In this document: positions 11,101 to 19,455 of the stretch, piece by piece | Position numbering within the stretch: position 1 is the stretch's first letter | Layout of the letters: each line of letters opens with the position of its first letter | Notes under the pieces: model-generated | The model's database searches: none | Seen by the model: only the letters and a program-made list of their open reading frames with translations | Told to the model about the DNA's origin: nothing | Made by a program: the position numbers and the translations under genes | Origin: Ginkgo biloba | Lineage: Eukaryota; Plantae; Ginkgophyta | Assembly (NCBI GenBank): GCA_024626585.2 | Contig: JANKJI020000004.1 | Span: forward strand, 91,516,133 to 91,535,587 | Direction of reading: 5' to 3' | Length of the DNA: 19,455 nt

Positions 11101-14100
11101 CTTTCATAATCCAGAAAATATGCAAACTTCAAGTTACCCTACATAAGGATAATGGAGTTTTTTGAGGGTCAAGGTCAGCATATCTTGGCTACACATAATG
11201 TATGTCCATCGATGGTTTTCTCATCAATAGATAAAAAATTACCCAACAATGGGACAATTTCTCTAAGATTCTCTTAGTCTCTATATTCATCATGAAGAAA
11301 GAGGAGTGTTGACTAATTCCAGGACCAGGATGCGCTGCCCAGCATTAGCAATGGCTTACTATCATATTAATGAGGAATGCATGCATTATTACACATAGGC
11401 ATAATCGATTCATAAGCATGAAAGTAAACAGACACGTGGGGTACAATCCTCATTATTCACGATTACATAGTACATGATTGTAAATGCCAGAGAGAGGCCT
11501 CTCACACCTAACCCTATTCATTCACACATGGGTCTCACATCTTATATCATAATTCTCTCTCCAATTTATAGTGTTTTCTCTCTCCTAAGTTATAAATGTC
11601 ATGTCCTTTCATAATAAATGTTACAACCCTGGAAGTCACCCTTCATTTAACGCTCATTAATACACCATTAATGTATCTAATAAATGTGCCCCAAGTACTC
11701 TCATTAATTGCAGCTTATTTTGCCTGATTAAATACGCCCTCATTAACCTCATTTAATGCATCTAGTATGGCCTCATTAANNNNNNNNNNNNNNNNNNNNN
11801 NNNNNNNNNNNNNNNAACGTGTCTGGTACAGCCTCATTAACTCACCATCATTGCTGCAATAAATGCACCTCATGGTTGTCATCACCCTCTTCATTAATGT
11901 GCCATAGTCTGCAATAAATATGGCTGTCAGACTTCCATAAATGCAGCTGATTTCCAGCATTTGATGCTTCTGTACAGGATGGAATATTCCCTGCATGATG
12001 ATGTCATGCTAGAATATTTCTGTACAGTTCAATTCTGTCATCCTTTGCTAACCTCCCACATCATCCTGCTGATTTGCCTTGTCATATGTTGTCTTGCCAC
12101 GTCATACACCATGTCATTTGGGTGATTTGGCATGTAAACCCACACAGGAACTTTGATAGGACTTGGATTTGAAGGATTAAAATATGGATACTATGATAGG
12201 AAGGACAGACATGAACCTCTGGAAAATCAGGGACTGTTAGTACTAAAATTGAGATATCTCAATTTGTAAATTTAATCTGAAGTACCCTCTTCCTTTAACT
12301 TCCATAGTCCAAGGACCAAGATTCAAGATGAGACCAGTTTTTGGTTGTCCATTGAGACACATTATGAATTGTAACTGGCACGAGGGAATTTACCTTGCCC
12401 ATCAGAGATTTTGCCATTAGATTGAGAATTTTTGGTCACCAAGATTCCATGGGGAATCTAATACCGATAACTTTGTCAGGCGTGAAGATTCTTCCTTTTC
12501 CAGCCTTGATTGAAGGAAAATCCCGGATTTCAATATTGAAATATTTTATTTGCAATGAATATTTCTCTAAGATATCCTGTTGAACTTCCCTTCTGCCAGC
12601 ATATGTTGGCAAATCCTCCTTTCCCAAGATGAAAACACTTCAATATTGTTATTTCTGACTCAGAGAGTCCTTTCTTGTTTCTCGCTTTCAATTTTCCACC
12701 CAAATAAACAGAATTCCAAACGAGAAAGTCATTGCTCAACTCCCTCACTACTACGGGTGACCAGATAACCCCCCATGATAGGAATGTCTTTGCTCTCACC
12801 CGATGCCTGCATGCATACTACTATGTCTGCCACATAGGTACAACAACGAAGTGGATTGCCTATAGCATCTCCTATCTGTGTCTATTATAAGACTTCTGAC
12901 AAAAGATTTTTTCTGGTAATTTCTACAGTTGCAAGGTTTGGAGAGGGAAAAAATCCATTTCAATAGAAAACAAAAGAGACCCTTTGCAAATTACATCCAG
13001 AACAACAATGCAGTCTGTGATATGTCCTTGAGGGTACAATTCCACATTAAATATGTCTATTCTTGCCATTGCAGAACTCCAAACACTATAAAGGTTGGTT
13101 AACGTGTTTGAAAAATACCAGACTTGATGTTTGCTTATCAGTGCAACAAACTTTGGCTGCCTNNNNNNNNNNNNNNNNNNNNNNNNNNNNNNNNNNNNNN
13201 NNNNNNNNNNNNNNNNNNNNNNNNNNNNNNNNNNNNNNNNNNNNNNNNNNNNNNNNNNNNNNNNNNNNNNNNNNNNNNNNNNNNNNNNNNNNNNNNNNNN
13301 NNNNNNNNNNNNNNNNNNNNNNNNNNNNNNNNNNNNNNNNNNNNNNNNNNNNNNNNNNNNNNNNNNNNNNNNNNNNNNNNNNNNNNNNNNNNNNNNNNNN
13401 NNNNNNNNNNNNNNNNNNNNNNNNNNATTTTTTTTGATAATGGAATAAATGACCATAGTGTTGTCTAGAATGCATAGTCATGTGATCAAGCAAGCTTATA
13501 TGCCTATGGTTTGTAGCCCAGAAATAAGCATACACATTAACACTTTCAGCAAGTAATGAAATCTCTGGTATTTACTCCTAAATATTGCATTATGTATACC
13601 TGCAACCAAAGATGATTCTCCTCTAGAACCATTAAGGTGCATCAGTTATGCCACCATTTATGAACAGTGATGCTTAGTGATTGTGCTACCTTTAAGTCTG
13701 GACTGTCCTTTTCCTTGAGAAAGTAATTGAAGACCTTAAGGAACTTCCCCTTGTTTCATGATCTGTACTCATTGTAGTATTTTGATCTGAAATTATAAGA
13801 TTCGTTTAAAAGACTACATCTGGTCAATAACTGAGATCTACTGTTTAATCTAAACCATCCTTCTGATTGCTGTGGCATCAGACTGACACTAGGAGGAGAA
13901 AGAGGAAGTAGAAAAAATCTCAATGTGGCTTACACAAAAGAATGAAAGAATATTTTACACTCAGTAATTTTGTTCAGAAAAAGAGGTTAAACAATTAGAA
14001 AAACTTAATACTAATGACAAAGCCAAACAGTCGAAATATAATGCCAGTTGGAAGAATACACAAAAGAACAAATTTAATAAGGAATTGCACAAAATGAAGA

Positions 14101-14176
14101 GGAGAATGCCACCAATGAAAACCAAACTTACTTCTGCACACATTGGGTGCTTGTGTAATGTGAGTGGAGGATGCAT
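5072..14176 (-). CDS. CMC2: COX assembly mitochondrial protein 2 homolog (Cmc1-like family, twin CX9C); spliced CDS complement(join(5072..5197,5337..5441,14132..14176)), 91 aa
   Basis: Manual splicing gives MHPPLTLHKHPMCAE|IIEEFQKCHLDHPIAKFWGECTELKIKLDRCFRQE|KAINRKANFEASKRSQERLRATRAAMKSANLESPSPSDAAD*. Two exact CX9C motifs (CAEIIEEFQKC, CTELKIKLDRC). The MHPxL start is typical of CMC2, and the sequence closely resembles plant Cmc1-like proteins as I recall them. Both introns are GT-AG, phase 0, with no internal stops. Confidence 0.96.
5198..5336 (-). other. CMC2 short intron (139 bp)
   Basis: GTAAGT...CAG boundaries, AT-rich, in-frame junction QE|KA. Confidence 0.93.
5337..5441 (-). CDS. CMC2: CMC2 coding exon 2 (IIEEFQKCHLDHPIAKFWGECTELKIKLDRCFRQE)
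   Basis: 105 nt (35 codons), acceptor ttttttgtag|ATC, donor GAA|gtaagt; carries three of the four CX9C cysteines. Confidence 0.96.
6363..6424. repeat. Perfect 30-bp tandem duplication
   Basis: TGCAATAACTTAGTAATAAATTATAAAAGA twice (6363-6392, 6393-6422), followed by TG. Confidence 0.95.
8078..8611 (-). mobile_element. Decayed retrotransposon accessory ORF (plant-mobile-domain-like)
   Basis: One frame reads ...LEQAGLVEFLMMPPLFY...IHQRDHL*NSKAAIREVTGLPYDGLEVP...FR*ITQFLAVKRF. The IxxVTGLPxxG motif recalls PMD / TE extra ORFs. The four in-frame stops are TAG/TGA, derivable from TGG/CAG/CGA. Confidence 0.55.
9880..12800 (-). mobile_element. Degenerate L1-clade LINE: ORF1 (DUF4283-like plus zinc knuckle) and N-terminus of the ORF2 AP endonuclease; interrupted at 11310-12132
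   Basis: ORF1 motifs: SLMGKV, KGRGYF, YFNPSNPSPIKVPVWV (~12135-12185), LLGNFLSIDEKT...AKIC (~11180-11255), LDYESI*LRYRFYHATDHQKHKCP (decayed CX2CX4HX4C, ~11043-11113). ORF2 motifs: VLS*DPRGLGS (from 10259), DVLIIQESKL, GVIVL*N. Outer boundaries are approximate. Confidence 0.85.
11310..12132 (-). mobile_element. Solo-LTR-like insertion (~0.82 kb) nested in LINE ORF1
   Basis: TG...CA termini flanked by TGT on both sides (11307-11309, 12133-12135). Removing it brings VPVWV next to LxFLHDEYRD...ILEK of LINE ORF1. Minus-strand CTATAAAT at 11571-11564, internal subrepeats, no coding capacity. Confidence 0.72.
14132..14176 (-). CDS. CMC2: CMC2 coding exon 1 (MHPPLTLHKHPMCAE); full exon 14132..14197 including 21 nt upstream of the ATG
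   Basis: Minus strand: acceptor tttgttttacatttctcttacag at 14198, ATG at 14176-14174, donor GAA|gtaagt at 14131. Confidence 0.95.
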
Positions 14177-15614
14177 TGCCACATCAATCTTATAAAGCTG
14201 TAAGAGAAATGTAAAACAAAAGCATGGATGATCAGTTTACAAGACCAGTAAGTGTATTCTGTTTACCCATGATGAAACAAATATTTTTGAATTTACATAT
14301 TTTTAGAGACTGTGATACAATGGTCAATAAAGAGGCTAGCATGCATGTCGAATGAAAATGATAATAAAACACAGTCAAAAAATCATACACATTAACAGAA
14401 TCTAGAATGCACATTAGATGCTTCGAAAGATTTCTAGAGCTAACATAGGTAGCAATGGAAGGACAACCATAGTAGATATCCATATGCTTTCAAGTTCATG
14501 CTAAAGTAGATAGACCAAATGAAATAAGCTGAAAAGGCATAAGAGTTTGGTAGAAAAACATTGAAGCAGCCAACAAAAACATGCCCTTCAAACATATAAA
14601 GCAAAGTTGGCCCTTCAAAAATAAATGAGACTGCTCTTTAAGCTTTTTTAGTACCATACCTGCCATCTTTGCAAATATAATGTGCCCCATATAGATGAAA
14701 ATGGAACATGATTTTCAACTTGAATTACAAAGATCAGACAAAGCACAGAGCATCTCTGACCTGCATGAGCAACGATGCATGGTTTTGCATCATGCACAAA
14801 GAATTCTTTGTGTGGAGACTTCAACATGGTTGATGCCCTAAAAGACAAATAAGGAGGCCTATCTTTTTAGTGCATTGCTAGAGAAAAGGATGGCTCCATC
14901 TTAAGGCAAAACATGGTTTTTATGACCCCAAGAAGCACAAGAGAGATGAGTCTCATGACCTTTGGTTTACCTAGTCCAACTTCAAGTAGAAACAGNNNNN
15001 NNNNNNNNNNNNNNNNNNNNNNNNNNNNNNNNNNNNNNNNNNNTTGTTCTAAGGATGTTTTGACTTGTAATTTTATGCAATCCTTACAATATAATAATCC
15101 TGTTTTTATTTCTCAATGGCTACAGTAATCATATGTCTAGTCTGATAGTGGTTAGTCAAGGTATTTATGTTAATGGCAATTTAAGGAATCATTAGTTAAA
15201 AAAATCATTTAACAGTTAAATGAGGCATCTCTAACTGTTTCACTAATTCTTCATGTATAATTAACTTGTCACTTGAGAGNNNNNNNNNNNNNNNNNNNNN
15301 NNNNNNNNNNNNNNNNNNNNNNNNNNNNNNNNNNNNNNNNNNNNNNNNNNNNNNNNNNNNNNNNNNNNNNNNNNNNNNNAAAACCTATCAAATATACTTA
15401 CTATGGTGATGTGCAAATTAAATGCCCCTTGTTTAAAGAATTTTCCCTCTCTTTTGAAGTAGAGTGTTTTCATTAAATAAGTATTATTTGTCAACTAAAA
15501 TCATATATCCATAACATCTTTACACATCAATTTATAATTTTACATCCCACTAGGTTGAAATCCTCTTCTTTTGAATGTTCTTCTGTTTGTTGATGATGAT
15601 ATCATGGAATCTCT

Positions 15615-15659
15615 TTGCAAGCAGTGATTCCAGGGTAGGAGTTGCAAGCAGTGATTCCA
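15615..15659. repeat. 18-bp direct repeat with 9-bp spacer
   Basis: TTGCAAGCAGTGATTCCA at 15615-15632 and 15642-15659. Confidence 0.9.
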
Positions 15660-16505
15660 TTAGCACATTGCAGGAATGATGCATATGATTTCAACCTGTG
15701 ATGGCGTCTTGGCTGACAGCATATTATGTTGAGGTGTTATTGGTGATATCAAGATCGTGTTAGATTTTCAGTTCTTCCTGGATGAAGTTATAGGTGGCAC
15801 TTGCAACTTCATGGAATGAAAGCAACATCCTTTTAGTTAAAGACAAGCCTTGTGGGGACCACTTAGGTAGTTATATGCTAATGATCTTGGGCCAAGCCAA
15901 CAATAATGGCAGATGCAGTTTGATGCAACAGTTATGAAATGGTTATTCTTGTTAATTGGATATTAATAGCGGGTTGCCACAGTCTTGTCAATACTGGGTC
16001 ATGGCTCTTGCTCTTGTTATGATGGTTCTTATTTCACATGAATGTCTTGGATTTGGTGGAGATTCAATTCTAGCTAGAGCATGCAAAGGGTTGCATGAAT
16101 AGTCTTCTAAATATATTCTCACAGCATAAATTATATGGATTGGTATTGCTGAGATCTGGACACGAGTTGGGATAGTAAGTGTTTGATTTGATGATGTGGT
16201 GGTGGTTATTTATGGTACTAAGAAGAGTACTCATTTTATGGCCCATCTATTGTCATGGCTCTGATAGTGCATCAGTCTGCAACAGGTGAAAGTATCTTTC
16301 TTGTGTCCATTATTATCGTAATGTCAATTTGATGCACTCTTACCTACAGCATTAGAAGGCTTCATGGCTGCTGACAGCCATCAACTTAGTACGTAGATAG
16401 TCAGAAGCAGAGTATAATGACAATGGTAGGGCTATGGTGAAAAAGCCTCACCTTGATTCAGATGCTTCTTGTATTAATCAGCTGCATTAGGGACACCTGT
16501 GGTGG

Positions 16506-17058
16506 ATGTTTCAGTTCCTTTTGTTCTATGGATCAATTTCTATTGCCAAATCTATTGTTGGGCCTCATTGTTTGCCTTTGGGACAGGATGAAATAGAAGA
16601 AGTTCTGATGATGACAAGGCTTTGTAGGAAAAAGTCAACTGCCTGTCCTAAGAATGAATGTGCACGGTTGGTGGCCAAACGAAGTCCTTTTTCTAAATTC
16701 GCAGCAATGGTGGATGAAGAAATTGAAATGAAACCTAATGAAGCTACTTTGGAAGAAAANNNNNNNNNNNNNNNNNNNNNNNNNNNNNNNNNNNNNNNNN
16801 NNNNNNNNNNNNNNNNNNNCAGCATTGTTTAATAACTAGTGAATGATTGGAAGTGAAATGTAAAATTTCTACATCGGCCTACCATGGGGCCCCTTGATGC
16901 AGTTAAGAATCCAATTGTGGCTGGAGAATTTAAGTTGGATTTTTTAAATTTCTTTCATTAATGAATGGCTTCAGGATATTAGCATCATTCCTAATGCTTA
17001 CCATCAATTTAGTCAACATTTTAAAAAACAAATTTGTTAAGGACTAGAAGATGCGGTG
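16506..17058 (+). mobile_element. Decayed copy of an uncharacterised repeat-borne ORF (homolog of 18228-18720 minus); may extend left to ~15.6 kb
   Basis: QDEIEEVLMMT...PFSKFAAMVDEEIEMKPNEATLEE and FINEWLQDISIIPNAYHQFSQHF align with EDEVKDIVTIT...IFPKFAAVVGEESEIDLNEAIREE and FINEWVQDIGMILDACS*FSQHF on the minus strand. Confidence 0.7.
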
Positions 17059-17158
17059 NNNNNNNNNNNNNNNNNNNNNNNNNNNNNNNNNNNNNNNNNN
17101 NNNNNNNNNNNNNNNNNNNNNNNNNNNNNNNNNNNNNNNNNNNNNNNNNNNNNNNNNN

Positions 17159-17512
17159 GTCTTAAGAGTACACAAATTGCAACCTCAACATGCGTGCATG
17201 CAATCAATCACCAATCATCACATGGAGAAGACAGAGAACCAAACGCAAGATAAATCCATATTATTATTACACGAAGAGTCCGAATTACCTCTCACATAAT
17301 TCAAATCCTAAATTGTCTCTCACATAGAGTACATCAATGATAAACCATTTATACACAGATCAGTTAAACAATTTACAACTAACCTCCAATTCACTTATCG
17401 CTGTAACTAATCACTAATCATTTGCAATCTTAAGCTATGATCTCAATCACACTAGATTGCACATGCTATAAAGAGTATATAAAATACACGTATACACAAT
17501 CTCCTTACAACA
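17159..17512 (-). mobile_element. LTR-like remnant, possibly the 3' LTR of the element carrying the 17919-19455 ORF
   Basis: Minus strand starts TGT(TG)TAAGGAG at 17512/17509, TATAAAT at 17353-17347, then GT/T-rich sequence. The other end is lost in a gap and the polypurine tract is weak. Confidence 0.4.
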
Positions 17513-17918
17513 CCTATCCATGTACTATTCACGTAAGTGCCCTCACTCAGACTAGCAGAACAGTACAAAAAACGATTAGCTCTCTATTTTATCCTCAAAC
17601 CTAGCTGCAGACTGAATCTAAATCAGCTACGATCCACCTACTAAGATCAACCGATTACGGCCTCAAAAAATTTGTAATAGTAACTAAACAATAACCCAAA
17701 TCATTTAATGTTGTCTTCATCTTGTAAACAGTCCATCAGTTTCCAGCCAAAACTTGATAAGCGACTGCTACTCCAGCCTCTGCTCATCCAATCTACTAGA
17801 TGCCTACACTACACAATATCACCGAGAAAAGAATTGACAGTCAATTTTTTTTTTTACTTTTTCCAAACGTTGTATTGAGCCACCCTCCAAGAAGGTTGCA
17901 GATCACCTTCAAAAGAAA

Positions 17919-19455
17919 TCACAATATCACATGGAACGGGAATTCCGTGTTGACAATGAGTCTGCACCATTTGGTGCACCTGAGATTCAATTTCCAAATT
18001 TGAGTTTGTTGTTCAAATTGCAACTCTGGCAATCCCAGATGCATCTGATCCAATTCTCGACTTTTATTGGTAGCCTCCACATTAGATGCCAAATATTGTT
18101 TTTCCGTCTTTCTCCATTCTTTGGCTGATTCTACTTTAACCAATTCATGCTATCCCAATTTCACAACAATAGTATATCGCTCCTTAAGAACCCAATTTGC
18201 TTCTAAAATCCATTCACCAAGCTTGCTAACAACTTCCTCAAGTTCCTCAGGAATGTTCATCTGAAAATGTTGACTAAATCAACTACATGCATCAAGAATC
18301 ATACCAATATCCTGGACCCACTCATTAATGAATGATCGCAGAAATCTAACTTAAATATGATAATATGAGCATGCTATTCAACTTGATTCACTGCCCCCAC
18401 TGTATGTTTGTACTCCAATTCACACACTAATTGACAAACTACCTCACTCAAAGAGCAAGGACACTAGGGAGACATTCAACTCGAAGGGATGGGAAGGGGA
18501 AATCCCTTCCTCACGAATCGCCTCATTCAAATCAATTTCACTTTCTTCGCCCACTACAGCAGCAAACTTAGGGAAAATGGAAGGTGGTGTTGGAGGCATC
18601 AAAGGAGCAGAAGCCAGAAGTGGTACCTAACTTCGTCGCCATCAGCTAGTTATAGTAACAATATCTTTGACTTCATCTTCTGCCATTAAAGGGCAAAGAG
18701 TAGCAACAAAATCACCAGACTGATTGAAGACAAATGCCTAGGTCAAAACAAGTGGAAATACAATTGATCACACAAAAGTAACAACTTCAACTAGAGGTTC
18801 TTTCACAATAACACCGCTTACCGAGACAGCCTTGTGTTTCTAATTCACTAGGCATTATGTCGTCTTCACAATAACATTGCTTGTTGAGACTGCCTTGCAG
18901 TTCTTGTTAATCAAGCACCATGTATTCTTCGACTAAGACTCATATAGCCATTCCATGGTCGCATCCAAAACATTCTCAAGAACAACAATAGTGGTTAACC
19001 CAATAATTAAGGGCTTAACTGTCACAGCCCAATCAACACTAGTCCAAGCCGGATCACACTTGGTCAAAGGTTGGTCAACGGACTTGGAAAACCCTAAGAG
19101 AAGCTCTAATGCATTAATTCAGGTCTTAGGAAGCCAAAGACCTTTATCTGTGAAGAGGAAGGTTAAGAAAGAGTTCATTTTCGAAGAAAGTACACTAATC
19201 CTTAAGTTGCCGGCTATTTATGATGGTGGGACCCTTAGAAGGGCTAAAAATTAGTTAAAATGGTAAAACAACCTACCTTAAACCCTAGCGCCCACTTTTT
19301 TGGGGATTGTTTAACTTCTACAAACGATTTTGAACAGTCATGAGCCTACATGGTAAGTCAACTTCAGGTACAGTTGTGTCCTTTCAAAAAGTATAAAAGG
19401 GAGCCTAAGGATGATGTCAAGGGTCATCATTGTTGCATCTTTAAGCGTTGGCTTC
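17919..19455 (-). mobile_element. Long decayed ORF (~510 codons, one frame, many stops), probable LTR-retrotransposon extra ORF with coiled-coil-like C-terminus
   Basis: Homologous segments lie in a single frame from the window end to 17919. FN*FLALLRVPPS*IAGN recalls the gypsy-type Transposase_28 motif. E/K-rich helical end, in-frame 63-bp duplication, and homology to the plus-strand copy at 16506-17058. Confidence 0.6.
18802..18927. repeat. Imperfect 63-bp tandem duplication (21 codons)
   Basis: TTCACAATAACA..GCTT...GAGAC.GCCTTG recurs at 18802 and 18865. On the minus strand it reads CLINKNCKAVSTSNVIVK / CLVN*KHKAVSVSGVIVK. Confidence 0.85.

Larger units (their letters stand above)
5442..14131 (-). 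other. CMC2 long intron (~8.7 kb as assembled, includes N gaps) with nested retroelement remnants
   Basis: GTAAGT donor at 14131 and AG acceptor at 5443-5442 join exons 1 and 2 in frame and complete the first CX9C motif. Confidence 0.9.

Noticed and set aside
11292-11312. Purine tract AAGAAAGAGGAG before TGTTGA, read as a plus-strand PPT-LTR junction
   Set aside because: The tract is the antisense of LINE ORF1 codons, and the insert's TATA box points the other way.
13961-14182. 73-aa ORF with a hydrophobic, membrane-like tail
   Set aside because: Only MHPPLTLHKHPMCAE is exonic; the rest is read-through into a T-rich intron past the GTAAGT donor.
15750-16100. Possible second LINE ORF1 on the plus strand (LDINSGLP, YDG...LARAC), and IVAGEF at ~16915 as an endonuclease GDFN motif
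   Set aside because: The motifs need several frameshifts, and the 16.8-17.06 kb segment is better explained by homology to the 18.2-18.7 kb ORF.
18955-19254. 99-aa plus-strand ORF
   Set aside because: No recognisable motif; it lies antisense to the decayed minus-strand repeat ORF and is likely its shadow.
1-19455. CRISPR arrays, tRNA/rRNA genes, prokaryotic operons or defence systems
   Set aside because: No regularly spaced repeats, cloverleaf or rRNA-like sequence seen; spliceosomal introns and plant retroelements show this is eukaryotic nuclear DNA.

Overview
AT-rich, gapped eukaryotic DNA, most likely a land plant; the long TE-filled introns and repeat types suggest a gymnosperm, which is inference. 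The main feature is a spliced minus-strand nuclear gene that the ORF track misses: a CMC2 / Cmc1-like twin-CX9C mitochondrial cytochrome c oxidase assembly factor, CDS complement(join(5072..5197,5337..5441,14132..14176)), 91 aa, with canonical GT-AG phase-0 introns. Its ~8.7 kb first coding intron holds a decayed L1-type LINE (ORF1 plus the start of the ORF2 endonuclease) interrupted by a ~0.82 kb solo-LTR-like insert, and a decayed retroelement accessory ORF. A splice acceptor just upstream of the ATG implies a 5'UTR intron. That upstream region contains two diverged, convergently oriented copies of a long uncharacterised repeat ORF and an LTR-like remnant. Downstream of the gene are an LTR with a tRNA-iMet primer-binding site and a Ty3/gypsy RNase H fragment. 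I see no support for a prokaryotic-type novel system; the most unusual items are the TE architecture and the uncharacterised accessory ORFs.
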